Shown here: positions 44,940-58,776 of the stretch, piece after piece
How the letters are laid out: each line of letters begins with the position of its first letter
Numbering within the stretch: the stretch's first letter is position 1
NCBI GenBank assembly: GCA_951406725.2
Contig: OX597825.1
Location: forward strand, 14,198,001-14,262,000
Length of the DNA stretch: 64,000 bases
Reading direction: 5' to 3'
Source of the DNA: Octopus vulgaris
Lineage: Eukaryota
Notes under the pieces: model-generated
What the model saw: the letters and a program-made list of their open reading frames with translations, nothing else
Databases searched by the model: none
Told to the model about the DNA's origin: nothing
Made by a program: the position numbers and the translations under genes

Positions 44940-45720
44940 CAGATTAAAACGTTTCTGGGATTACATTGACTATATATTTCTTCGGATATGAGCAGCTTCT
45001 ATGAGCACTATTCAAAAAAAGTTTTCCAATTTTTGTATTTCCTGTGTATTTGGATATGTAGCAATTAGCCCTTTTTGTTACCATTCCAAGGGTGCCTATT
45101 ACAATAGGTATTATTTTAACTTGAGGGACCACATTTCGCCAATTTCTATTTCAAAATCTTTATAATTGCTAAGTTTTTAGTATGCCATGTCAGATACAAT
45201 TATGCCGATTGAGACAGTCATATCGATGAGGACACATGTTTTTCTTTTTTGCAACACTTCAATATAATGTCTGGCTTATTTGCATCTACCTTTTCGTAAA
45301 TTTCAACAGTAAAGTTCCAAATGAATGTGATGTGATTATTTTCAAGCACTGGAGATGTGTGTGTTCCCCCCAGTTTTTTTTATCAGAATGCAGATCGAAG
45401 TCTTTACAAATTACCCAGTGAATAAATTCTGCCGTGCTGCTCTATCATGCCTGTTGAGATACTCTGTAGGCGTAAAAAGGTTTCACATGGAGATAACATG
45501 ATCGATGGTTTCATTTTGTTTTTTTACATACTGCCATTCTTAAGATGTTGGACTCCTATCTCCTTGTAGGTAGGTATTGATCTGGGGCTAGTAAGATAAA
45601 CCCTTTTGTCTATGATTTTAAGCCCCAAAACACTAACCATTGATGTGTAAGGGCTTTGTCATCATCAGCATTATTAGCTCTCTTTGGGTATTTGACATTG
45701 AGAGGTTTTCAGAGGTTTTA
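44940..45720 (-). mobile_element. Highly decayed Dong/R4-like fragment
   Basis: VKIIPIVIGTLGMV (ORF track) and TIDHVISM / RHDR-like zinc-knuckle remnants. Confidence 0.65.
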
Positions 45721-45807
45721 AAGATTTTCTGAGAGATTTTGAGAGGTTTTATCAGTATTAATATTATTATTATTATTATTATTATTGTTGTTGTTGTTGT
45801 TGTTATT

Positions 45808-46341
45808 GAGTGAGAGAGCAGAACATGCCATGAAAGTGACACTTGGGTAAAATGTACAAAGCCCAGTATACCAATCATGACTATCCGTCTGATAAGATTA
45901 CACCAGGCACATGCATCATAACCATATGTGCCTCATGTGGTGATCTCACATCAAGACAAAGAGCACATGATCTTGCAGGTGAGGCTCAGTTAGAATTTTA
46001 TTCAGGTCGACTAACCCATCCCGCTCAAAAGGTCCCTAACACCCATGTTTCCAGAGGTGAATTGTTGAAAGTCCAAACAATTCTTCTCAACCCATGGCTA
46101 TGATGCTCCCACGCAACCTCTGCTCGTTATTTGAGATGTACATATCGTCAGCCACTAAGGAATAAGCTGATGTGGTTAAGGTCAAGCAAATGACAAGCAA
46201 ATTTGTGTTATTGAGCAGAATGTTTGCCGTAGACCATTTTTTATACCAAGACAAAACAATATACATGAAAACACTTCCAATCAGTTAAGATCAAAAGCCG
46301 TGAGAACCACTGCCTGGTACTGCATATAGGCATAAAATCTG

Positions 46342-46342
<1 letters not shown>
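45808..46342 (-). mobile_element. Non-coding TAA/CAA-tailed retro-repeat
   Basis: Ends ...tgctctctcactcaataacaac; copies at ~1303-1480, 21040-21235, 46405-46435, 54733-55065. Confidence 0.8.
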
Positions 46343-46404
<62 letters not shown>

Positions 46405-46460
46405 TGATTGAGAGAGCAGTGCATGCCATGAAAGTTATTATTATTATTATTATTATTATT

Positions 46461-46508
<48 letters not shown>

Positions 46509-47803
46509 ATTATTATTATTATTATTATTTTACTATGCTTTATCCACCACTTCATATACGGCATAGTCTACTAAATTGCATAATTCTGGTTGTTTCTCTC
46601 CCGAAGGTTTTGATGTTGTATTCCAATCAATAATCCTTCAGTTTCATTTGTCTGTCCTCTTCCCAGTCAGTATTTTCGAATTTCATTTCTCTATTTCTAC
46701 TTTATTTTGTTGTTTCTGGTATTAAACCATGTAGAATATCGCTTTGTTATGATATTCCCTCAGCTCGCTTTTAGCATAGATTTTGACTCTTCTTTTGAAA
46801 TGTCGTCGTTGTTTCTCCTTTCTTCTTAAAACTGTCTGGCATTTCAGGCTCTGTTTTGTTTTGTTTATGTTGTTTTTTGTCTGAGAAGAAACCAGGGTGT
46901 TTTGTTGTTATTTTGTTGAGACTTGACTTAGTTTTCTATTATACTCGACACGATATCTTATAATAGGTTTCTGCTTCCATTAATAAATATTTCTCTCCAT
47001 TCTTTGGTATATGTAATATTTTCTCTCTGTCAAACGTTGGCTAGTATATACCATATGCAGTCATTAGTTTCTGCAAGTTTTCGTCATATTTTCTAAGACT
47101 GAGAGACACATTTTCTGTTTTGATTTTTTTAAAACATGCTTTAGAGAAACAAAACCGTGTTCAAATGAAAGCATTATAACTTATTACTAGATCAGACGAA
47201 ATATTGATGTTTATTATGTTATGTTTATACTTTAAAGTGTAAATCAAATGCGACAGTAATAATCCTTATTACCCTTTTTTTCCTCGTTTCGTTCCTCGGT
47301 GTTGCTTATAATATAGTTAATTCTATGTCTGTATTTGTTCCAATTCTTTTCGAACAATTACATACGACATGATATTGGTCTTCTTAAGTTTCCTCTCTTC
47401 AGGTCTGTATCGTAAATTTCTTTACTCCTAAAATCACTTCAGCTTCCATAGTAACTCGGTGCACTGCACGCAGCAGTGTTTCTAATTGCGCATCATCTGG
47501 GGCATTAAGCTTAGAGACAATCATATGTAAAAGAAATTTGATTATTGTCATATAATGTCTCTTCTTGTCCTGCCTATTTCATAAATATATGTGTGTGTGT
47601 GTGTGAGTGTTTATGCTTTTATGTGCGTGTATGTCTATTTGTTTGTATATCTGTATCGATGTATTATATTTATATAATGTCACCAGCCCCCTTCCACATA
47701 CCCGCTCTCACATACACACGCTCATGCACCTTCATTTTGGGATCACCACAACTTTATTATCCCTTCTTCCTAGCTCTCCTGTGTGACCCCTCTGTCGAGC
47801 ATT

Positions 47804-47987
47804 CGCCATGATAGATCGCTAGCCACTATACCTTTTTCTATTTTCTCTCCCTGTTTATTTCTGTCTTCCTTTCTGTTGAAGAGCGTAGGCTCGAAACGTA
47901 AAAGACTTTCTCACTTCCTGAGCGTTAAACTAATACATCTCTTTCTTGTTTATGCACCTGTCTTCGTCCTTTTTTGTAAATTCTCAC

Positions 47988-48039
<52 letters not shown>

Positions 48040-48235
48040 TCACCATGATAGATCGCTAGCCACCAAACATTTTTCTATTCTATATCCCTGCTTATTTTTC
48101 TGTTCCTTTCTGTCGAAGAGCGTAGGCTCGAAACGTAAAAGACTTTCTCACTTCCTGAGTGTTAAACTAATACATCTGTTTCTTGTTTACACATCCGTCT
48201 TCGTCTTGTTTTGTTCTTTGTAAATTCTCACTATT
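47804..48235 (+). mobile_element. Tandem dimer of a hammerhead-containing unit separated by (TA)n
   Basis: Two ~190-bp copies starting ccatgatagatcgctagc; hammerhead motifs at 47869-47904 and 48106-48141; related copies ~56308-56490 and, inverted, ~37335-37440. Confidence 0.82.
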
Positions 48236-48260
48236 ATATATATATGTATATATATATATG

Positions 48261-48325
<65 letters not shown>

Positions 48326-49159
48326 ACACATAGTTACGCACACACTCACAGACACAGACACAGAAAGACATATACACACACACTTTTATGTCATTATAAC
48401 TAAATAAGTAACGTAGTTGATACATCGCATTCATTTTAAATCGGATCAGTAAATTATACAAGGTTGTCATCACATCGTTCGAGAGATTGTAAGATAAGTA
48501 CATAAGGAAGGTATTTTGTTATAAAAACAAAGGGATTTCTGTTGCTTGCGTTTCTATCACCTTAAAAATATTTCTAAAAGACTTTGAGAGAAGAAGGTTA
48601 ACAGGAAGAATGCTGTTTGAGCTAAATATATCACAGAAATAACATTTATCGAAGAGTTGCTCCGCACTGAAGTAATGATATCACACTCACAGAAAGACAC
48701 GCATACATTTACACATACATTTACACATACATTCGCACAGACACACATAGTTCTTCCAACATGTGCTGACGCCATATAAACTGTAATTTGTTCATTATTT
48801 GCATTGCTCCATTACCTAACAATGAAATCCATGTCGCGAGAGGAAATTCCTCCGCCACCACCACCTCCAAATTGGAATGCTGCTTATGTTAAAGATAAAA
48901 AAGGTTAGGTGTTATTTACGGCAAGACAGAACCGAAATAACTGGTTACTTGGTTAAATAAATACATATATAAATAAATATATAAATATATAAATAATATA
49001 AATGAATAAATAAATAAATAAATATATAAAATAAATGAATAAATAAATAAGAGAATCAATGAAGACAAGTCATAACGAACGCTGTGATAGGCTCTCATTT
49101 TTGATGATTATTATTTGTTCACTCGCTGAATGTGTATATCAAACAGCACAAATTACTGC

Positions 49160-49722
49160 ACTCATCGTCGTCGTAGTAGTAGTCGTCATGATGATGATGA
49201 TTATCATCATCATCTTCAACATCAGCATCATCATCATCTTTAGCATCATCATCAGCATCATCATAATAGTCATCCTTATCACCATGATCATCATCATCAT
49301 TAGCCTTATCATCATCATCATCACCATCATAATCAACCCCCTCATCATCTTCATCATCCTCATCATCATGGTCTTCGTCATCATCATCATCCTCATTCTC
49401 ATCATCATCCTTATCATCATGATCATAATCCTCATCATCCTTATCATCATCATCATCATCATCATCATCAATATCCTTATCATCATTGTCATCATCATCA
49501 TCATCTTTATCATCATCATCATCATCATACCCTTCATCATTATCATCAACGTCATCGTCGTTGTCTTCGTCGTCGACGTCGTCTTCGTCGTCGACGTCGT
49601 CTTCACTCTTCTCCACTTCCTCCTCCTCCTCCTCCTCATCATCATCATCATCACCATCATATTCATCGTCTTGGGCCCCACTTTCATCACCGTCTTCGTC
49701 GTCATCATTATCGTCGTCGTCC
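49160..49722. repeat. (TCA)n-type low-complexity tract (complementary (GAT)n tract at ~50680-51230)
   Basis: Directly visible. Confidence 0.9.
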
Positions 49723-49914
49723 AAGCCGTTCCTCATCAGCTTCGACTCTGTTATCTAACTAATACTGATTGTTTTTGAGTTGTAAAGAGATAACGTATAA
49801 AAGATTGCGGATATTGTCGAATTTCTATGCTGATCTCTATGAAATATCTATTGCTTATTAACTCATGTAGTTCGCCTAGGAAGCTTTATATGGTGGTTCG
49901 ATTTTGTAGAACGA

Positions 49915-50356
49915 CCAGGCACAAGGCCCGAAATTTTGGGGGAACGGGCCAGTCGATTAGATCGACTCCAGTACGCAACTGGTACTTAATTTATCAAGGC
50001 GGTGAGCTGGCAGAAACGTTAGCACGCCGGACGAAATGCGTAGCCGTATTTCGTCTGCCGTTACATTCTGTGTTCAAATTCCGCTGAGGTCGACTTTGCC
50101 TTTCATCCTTTCGGGGTCGATAAATTAAGTACCAGTTACGCACTGGGGTCGATGTAATCGATTTAATCTCCTTGTCTGTCCTCTCTGTGTTTAGCCCCTT
50201 GTGGGTAGTATAGAAATAGGTACTTAATTTATCGACACTGAAAGGATGAAACGCAAAGTCAACCTAGGTGGAATTTGAAATCAGAATGTAAAAACAGACG
50301 AAATACCGCAAAGCATTTCGCCGGGCGTGCTAACGTTCCTGCCAGCTCGCCGCCTA
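49915..50356. mobile_element. SINE family B nested in an opposite-strand family B copy
   Basis: Insert 49996-50218 flanked by 15-bp TSD ggtacttaatttatc (49981-49995, 50219-50233). Confidence 0.9.
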
Positions 50357-50838
50357 GAACCCGTAGTATCAAATGTATTTGGGTAGGAAGGAGAACTGTG
50401 CCACATATTAAATTAGATTCGGTCTGGAAGTGTCAGATCTCGATATAAATGATGATAATATTGAGAAACACTAGACACACATTAATTACTACACATTTTT
50501 ATACCTTGAAACACCTATAAAATAATACATTGGAAACAAGTGCAAAGTTGGTGTATTGCCAGCATCCGAGGTATTTCGGTGTAACTATTAACGAAGTGGC
50601 ACAAGATATGCCACAACAACAACAGCAATCACACCCCAAAAACTAAACTTTGGGGAGGTCGATAAGGAGGAAGTCCATAGAGGTGACGACGAGGACGACG
50701 ATGATGATAGTGATGGTGGTGACGGTGGTGGTGGTGGTGGTGGTGGTGATGATGATGATGAAAAAGATGATGATGATGATGATGACGACGGCGACGATGA
50801 TGCTGATGATGATGATTACGAAGACGACGACACTGATC

Positions 50839-50902
<64 letters not shown>

Positions 50903-52036
50903 CAATGATGATGATGTGGATGATGTGGATAATGTTGCCGCCGCCGGCGGATACGACGGTGACGACGATGACGATGATGACGGTGGTGTTGGAGGTAACG
51001 GAGATGATGACAACGACGACGCGGACGATGTTGATGACGATGATGTTGATGACGATGATGTTGATGACGATGATGTTGATGACGATGATGATGATGAGGA
51101 TTATGATGATGATGATGATGATGATGATGATGGTATTGATGATGATGATGATTATGATGATGATGATGATGATGATGATAATGATGATGATGATGACGAT
51201 GATGTTAACTAAGATAATGTGATGATATTGAAGATGATGATTTTCATAATGATGATAATAGCATTGACGATAATTATAATTATAATGATGACGAATACAA
51301 CAATGGCGATGAAGACAACGATGACTACATTACCCAAACACCTGTAATTACAGTGAGAGATATGTATTAATCAACACCAATATATGTCTGGTACCCTTAC
51401 GTTGATCCCATTATGCTGAAAATCGATTCCTGTGTATTGGAGAGGAATGGAAATAAATTAAGGAATTTTGACCTCACCTGAACACCAAATTCAACAAATT
51501 TGCCATAAAGACGTTACATAGACAGAAGCAAGTGCGAGCTGGACAACGATATAAATGAAATGAATGATGATCAAAATAATGATATTGACGAGGGATGCAG
51601 ACGACGCCCACCGATCGAAGCTTCTCGAGAACATTGTTCTTTTTTCTCTTTTATAAACCCAATTGAGGTTACAAACTTTTAATTATAGTTCATTGGGACA
51701 CAAGGTCCTTTGAAATGAGGCACTAAGCCTCTTACATTTTTCACAAATATTTTATTTACTAAAAAAGTCTGAAACAATGATTCAAGAGATAGATGGTAAA
51801 TGTTTTAATTTTTCATTCCCTTCGAAGTTTATCCCTAATAGTGGTTTGGGTTTTAGCTTTTCCTTCTAGTATGCAAGGAATCCTATGACGGATACATCTT
51901 ATGTGTTTAAATGTAGACTGTATTTTATATATGACCATATATATACGGTCATTCAAATAGCTATTTTGTCTTAATGGTCAATCTCACAGTAATTTCCCTT
52001 TGTATGACGGTAATTTTTCATAGCATTTTTCCGATG

Positions 52037-52105
52037 GCCAGATGACTGAAGAGAGGCGGCGTGGATTTCCACCTCGGCATCCGAAACTCGGAGTTTTATC
52101 ATGGC
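52037..52105 (+). ncRNA. Type I hammerhead motif with canonical core and long stem II
   Basis: GCCAGATGA-CTGAAGA-(hairpin with GTGGA/TCCAC)-GAAACTCGGAGTT-TTATCATGGC. Confidence 0.62.
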
Positions 52106-52459
52106 TACCAAATAATTGTCACACATTACTTTTACAGATAAATTCCTCTATTTACATAATATCTAGGTCTCTTTCTTTCTTTTGTTGTCTTACCATTTAT
52201 ATATATATATATTTATATTGTATAGAGGGCATTGTTACACATAAATGCCTCACGCTAAGAGGGACATAAGTCATTACTACCAAAATTTAACTAATCATAC
52301 CTAATGCAGTTCCCGAAGCAAGACATTTAAAAAACTGAATTTAGTTCTATATCACCTGTGATTTCACAATTAACGTATCAAATACGTCTTTTGTTCATCA
52401 GTAGAACAGATTCTGAACACATCATAAATAAACAACCAACATATCTAGCGAAGCCAAAC

Positions 52460-52518
<59 letters not shown>

Positions 52519-52589
52519 TATATATATATGTATATATAGATATGTGTGTGTATGTATGTATGTATATATATGTGTGTGTGTGTATGTAC

Positions 52590-52634
<45 letters not shown>

Positions 52635-53744
52635 AACATATAAAAACACTACGCTCATTATTATATTAGGAGATAGCAGGAAATGCATTGACAGTTTTGC
52701 ACAAGAAAGCATGAGAAAAAAAAAACGGACACTCCATGATATATCTACAAAATCACATGAGATGATTCCCGAAGCGGGGAAGGACATTGCACGACAACTC
52801 CCAGGCACCAATGTGCCACGTGACCACACAACAAAGGCAACTGCGTAGCAAGACTCAAGAGTCACATTAGGGGCGATAACAATAGGAGCATTGGCAAATA
52901 ATTTAATAGTAATGTTGTTATACGTTTTATTACAATTATTTATATGACGCGTGGGGATACAACACCATAAAACTAACACATTATAAGGTGCATTGATTAG
53001 TTTATATATCTGTATAAATGTTTATTTCTTCGTTCTATTATGGTTGCTCTAGCTACCGGTATCATTCTAGCGAGCAGACCCGTTCTAATTTCAGCTGCAT
53101 CTATTCTAGTTTATGCAGCTGCTTTTACTAATGTTATGAACATTGTTATCAATGCTTTTATTCACATCTGGTAATGTTTCTCTCTTGTCCTTATTACTTT
53201 TTACTCTCACTATTGAAGTACGTAGCTGCTATAGTTCTCTCTTGCTGCCACCATTTCTCTTGTCACTGTAGTTACTAATACAACTATATTTTGCGTCTGT
53301 TACATCTATTTTTACATCCTTACGCCATATTCAGCATATCTTTATCTTAATATTATTCGCACCTAGACTATTTTCCTAATCTCCGTATTTATTGTTTTTG
53401 TCAATGTTATTGTCAATATTGCCGACATTATAGGTTCAGCTGTTACAGTTTTCTTTTTTTAGATATTATTACTGCTGCAGCAACTGCATTCCTTACCATA
53501 AGCTACATTCCACATTCCACCGATTTTGGCATATTACTGACAGTTCTTGCTGTCTATCACTCTCCAGCAAATCAACTCTCACAATCATTTTAAAATAACA
53601 ACAACTACAACAACAACAGCAATGATAGTAATGATTTAGTCCATTCTCTATGAACTAAACACAACTGGAGAAAATACGTGGAATGGAGAAGTCGCTGAAG
53701 CGGTCGCAAACGTATGACAAAAGATTTCCAAGCAATTTTCAAAT

Positions 53745-54132
53745 TATAGGCACAAGGCCTGAAATTTTGGGAGAGGGGGGTCAGTCGATTAGATCGACCC
53801 CAGTACGCAATTTGTACTTAATTTATCACTCTTGAAAGAACTAAAAGCAAATTTGAGCTTGTTGAATTTGAATTCAGAACGTAGCGACGTTGGAGATACC
53901 TATTTCTTTATTACCAACAAGGGGCTAAATATAGAGGGGATAAACAAGTACAGACAAAGGGATTAAGTCGATTACATCGACTTCCAGAGCGTCACTGGTA
54001 CTTAATTTATCGACCCCGAAAGGATGAAAAGCAAATTGACCTCGGCGGAATTTGAACTCAGAACGTAACGGCAGACGAAATACCACTAGGCATTTCGCCC
54101 GGCCTGCTAACATTCCTGCCAGCACGCCACCA
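53745..54132 (-). mobile_element. Two joined SINE family B copies
   Basis: Full copy ~53900-54132 abutting a 5'-truncated copy with a different tail. Confidence 0.85.
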
Positions 54133-54589
54133 TAGGCGAATATAAGATACTAGTAAGACATATAATCTAAATTTACAGAACAATGTACGTCATTTTAAAA
54201 CACGAATAACAGAAATGTATGTTCATTTAATCCAGTAAATAATACAAACGAATTGGTTTCTACAGGTTCAGATGTATAGTTTAGCCTACCTGAAATATAT
54301 GATTTGAGCATTACACCATGTCGTATCGTATAACCTTAATTTTCTTTTAAAGATTGCAGCTTTAACTCATCTGATGTGCGACTGTCATTGATGAATACTT
54401 TTCCTTTGGAATAGCTCCAATAGAAATAATTACAGACGGAAGAATCAGGTGATCTGCTGGATTATATTGTCATATCACTGCACTGCGAATGACGTGTCTC
54501 TCTGTTTTGTAACCACAGAAAGATGACTGTACAGTCTGCTCAGTTCTACAGAGCACATGGGTTCCCTTCTCCATGAGGCAAATGACTAA

Positions 54590-55280
54590 TTTTATTTACA
54601 CTATTTACATTCGACGGATATTTGTCCTCACCGTGTTTGTTATTAACACAATATTAACACTACGCCATATGCCCGGGAGCATATGGAGTAGTGGTTAAGG
54701 GCGTGGTCTACTAACCCCAAGATTCTGAGTTCGGAGTATCATAGCCGTGTGTTGAAAGAAATTCTTGGAGGCCTGGATAATTCACCTTTGAAAACATGGG
54801 TGGTTCGTTCAACATACTTAAACAACCCTTATTCAGGGATCTTTTGAGCGGGATGGGTTACTTGACCAGAAGAAAATTCTAACTGGACCCCACCTGCAAG
54901 GTCATGTGCTGCTTATTTTGATATGAGATCACAATGTTGAGCACATATGGTTGTGATGCATGTGCCTGGTGTACCCTTATCAGACGGGTAGTCATGATGG
55001 GTATACTGGGCTTTGTATATTTTACCCCAGTGTCACTTTGATGGCATACACTGCTCTCTCACTCAACAACAACAACAACAAGAATGATAATAATAATAAC
55101 ATCGAAAAATACCTTAGGAATGAGAACCCAGGTTCAAAATTTCCCCAAGATACCTGATGAAGGCTGGAGGGTACATCAGTCAAAACGTTGTGTTAACAAC
55201 AAACAAGATGATGACAAATATCCATCGAATGTAAATAACGTAAATAATGTACATAATTCCTCATATCTTAAATATAGCAT
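54590..55280. mobile_element. Inverted Penelope-like arms enclosing a SINE-head/retro-repeat chimera
   Basis: ~54592-54650 is the reverse complement of ~55189-55247; degenerate hammerhead at 55149-55194. Confidence 0.65.
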
Positions 55281-55850
55281 TGAAATTACTACTTTATTAT
55301 AATGTATAGTGAAGACTCTATAAAGGGAGAACCGTCAGTGTAAATTTATTTTCAAATTAAATTATCTTAAGATCATAAGGAAATTAATTTACTTCTGTAG
55401 TTTAATTAGTAGCTCATAAACGAAGGCATTACAATATTGGAGTGAATGGGGCATGATACGATTAATGGCATACTAGAGATTATGAATATGCATACACGCA
55501 TCATTCATACATACATATATATAAGCATAAATGCATACATATACACATACAAACATATATATGTATGCATATATATGTTCACGCACAGAAACGCAGACAG
55601 ATAGACACAAACAAACACACATACACGTATGAGTGACTGGCTTTGTCTTCGTACGTGATGAAGCACAATGTATCCGTCCTTCGATGCAATGGTTTCAATC
55701 TCAGTCTAAACTAAAATGTGCTTTTACAGAAGTCTGCAGTGGGGATTTCCAACGTAGACTGTTCTTAGAGCGAAAGGTTTTATCGCATCCGAATACACTC
55801 GAACATGTTGAAAATAACTCTTAATATCTATCTAAATAAATAACTATCTG

Positions 55851-55903
<53 letters not shown>

Positions 55904-56580
55904 ACAATTTAATAAATAAAACATATGCATACATACATACATATATGTACATACCTACATCTATATGTATATATACATGCATATATATATATATATATAT
56001 GAGTACAGGACACCACAAATAAACGTAGAACACAACGAGAAACGAAAACATAAAATCAAACAAGGAAACGAACTTTTTTTAACAACGAAAAAACAGAGTA
56101 CAAGACAAACAATACAAGGAATATTCCCCTTCATCAGCTGCCCCTGTTTCGACTCAATGCGTGTTTCGAAGGTAAGGGCAGAACACGATCCGGTTGAAGC
56201 AGTCCTTCCTGCAAAATGAATTAAATAAAATTATTTTGCAGAGGGGAAAAAAAAAAAGTGACAAGAACAGGACGTAAAAGCAATACAAACGAAGAAAACA
56301 GTACAAAGAGATCGTTAGCCACTACACATACTTTTCTGTCCTTGTATTTTCTGTGTCCCTTTCTGTAGAAGAGCGTAGGCTCGAAACGTAAAAGACTTTT
56401 TCAATTCCTGAGCGTTATAATAATATATCTGTTTGTTTTGTACACCACCTGTCTTCGACTTTTGTTTTTTTTCGTGAACTCTCCCTATATCTATATATAT
56501 ATATATATACAAGCGTATGGTATAAATATAAACAGGGAAAATTTTAGCTATTTCTCCACAGACAGGAAAAATTATGAATA

Positions 56581-56623
56581 ACCTTAATCGATTTTCGAAA
56601 CTTATTGGGGTCTCATCAGAGGC
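56581..56623 (-). ncRNA. Type I hammerhead motif, canonical core
   Basis: Minus strand GCCT-CTGATGA-GACCCCAATAAGTTTC-GAAAATCGATTA-AGGT; stem III palindrome AATCGATT; weak stem II. Confidence 0.62.
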
Positions 56624-56854
56624 GTCTACAACATTCTGACATTCACCAAGAGAAACCATCAGCCAAACTTTATATACTCAGAAAATGGAGCAGTTACTCT
56701 TTGAAGGAGTCCCTTATTTGCATAACGAAAGTGTGTAACACTCTATAAATACCAGCGGTCTGTCAACGGGGATCTTAATCCACACAGTATCAAGGTATGA
56801 TATAATAGATATATAACATATACATACATACATAAACATACATACATACACATA

Positions 56855-56911
<57 letters not shown>

Positions 56912-57157
56912 CTATTGTGTCTGGGGGAGTAATTTTCTTTTTGTGACTTATTATGTAACACACTCACCGGTAAAATTTCAAAAATATTGAAAAGTCTGCA
57001 AGGCGCAACGAAAATTTTAGGACAATAAGATAAACGTGGAAATTTTACCGGTGAGTGTGTTACATAATAAGGCACAAAATGACTTTCCCCAGACACAATA
57101 GAATATTCTTCAACACACGGACTCATATAGAATCTTGCAAACCAAATCTCAAAACGA
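56912..57157. mobile_element. Second copy of the 18768 family, also with an inverted 5' arm
   Basis: 56912-56978 inverted to ~57038-57101; TTGAAAA-GTCTGCaaggcGCAAC-GAAAATTTTAG at 56987-57020. Confidence 0.78.
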
Positions 57158-57159
57158 TA

Positions 57160-57192
<33 letters not shown>

Positions 57193-57195
<3 letters not shown>

Positions 57196-57523
57196 ATATA
57201 AACGGCAGTTTGTCTGTGCGTGTTTCTGTGTGTCTGTTTTCTCGTACTCTCACTCTGACCACTTTCAACCGATTCTGATGAAACTTGACACACACATAGC
57301 CCAATGTCATAATTCAAAACTAACGCAGCGAAAATTTTGAAAAGTTCCCCAGTTCTGAAAAAAATCGATAAATTCGACATGGGGTCGAGAATCAGAAACC
57401 CAAACCACAGACCGTCTAGGGGACGCAACTCCATCCTTTTTTAACTCTCAAAAAAAATTTACCATCATTTTTTCCCATTTTTTTGCTATTTTTTGGCTAT
57501 AACTCTCTAAAAATGCTTTATAG
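57193..57523 (+). mobile_element. Probable non-autonomous Helitron 5' portion
   Basis: TCTATATAAA start after A, then tgtctgtg and ttcaaccgattctgatgaaactt motif common in animal Helitron-like repeats; no 3' end seen. Confidence 0.5.
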
Positions 57524-58711
57524 TATATATATATATACATATACCTATATATATATATGCTATGTATATATAAATGACATTTCTGATAATTATCTTCGTC
57601 TCCTGATTTTAATGCTTAGATATTTACTAATCGTATAACGACTCTGTTTTCTGCCAGACATCACAGGTTTACCTCTTTTAAAAAGATGTAGGCTCTCTGA
57701 TTTCTGAATGAGTATATATTCAACTATTTTAAATTCACATTACTCAGCTGAATATAATGCTTATTCATTCACATTTTTTTAATTAATCATGAATGACCAT
57801 TTACCTTCAGGATTATGACGATGTTATTGTTTTATTTGGGGAGACGGGGAGGGGCAGGAATGGTATTGTTGTGTAGATATAAGAAAAGTGGCCTGGCACA
57901 TTTGAAGATAAAGCAGATTAAATATCCTTGTCTGATATGATCGGTTTAAATGCTAAAGAATTAAAAGCGACTTTCAAAGTTTGTTTGGTAACAGAGTTCT
58001 TTTAATATAGTTTTCGCATCCATCCGGTTGCACATGGGGGCGTTGCAAACCAACATATACATGTACACACGCACACACACACACACACACACACAAGCAC
58101 TCACACACATACTCACACACAAACACGCATATTCACACATGCTTGCATAAGCACCCGTGCACGGGTTTATACACATATGTATACAGAGACACAACGATAT
58201 ACAAAGTATGGAACGCAAGTTGATATAGGTTAAACTAAAATTAGTGGACAGAGTGAAGAAAAGGAAAGAGATTTATAGATTGTGTGCCATTTCCTGAGCT
58301 GAACTTTCCAATTTGGACAACGGTAGTTCCTGAAGATAAAAATAAAAGAATATATGTTGGGTGTGCTCCTGCGACTGCCAGCTAAAGGGTAACTAAGTGA
58401 CAGGTCACAGCGACATTTATATATTGCTGTGTGAGTAAAAATGCTCTCGGAAGTCGTCTATATGACTTCCGATTCTCCCACATAGCTAGCTAACTTGCTA
58501 GCTAGATAGATAGATAGAAAGAGAGACAGACAGACAGATAGATAGATACACAGACAGATAGATATATAGATAGATACACAGACAGATAGATATATAGATA
58601 GATACACAGACAGATAGATAGATAGATAGGCAGACAGACAGACAGGAAGACAGACAGACAGACAGACATATAGATAGATAGATAGATAGACAGACAGACA
58701 CACATATAGAC

Positions 58712-58776
<65 letters not shown>

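Noticed and set aside
53691-53720. gtcgCTGAAGcggtcgcaaacgtatgac
   Set aside because: Too many core deviations, single copy; compatible with chance.
56110-56180. Minus-strand GAAAC...GTC...CTGATGA arrangement as a type II hammerhead
   Set aside because: No stem I hairpin forms, and GAAA does not follow the hairpin after CTGATGA.
58447-58489. Hairpin TCGGAAGTC/GACTTCCGA followed by CTAG as a Helitron end
   Set aside because: CTAG is part of a (TAGC)n run, is not followed by T, and no 5' end was found.
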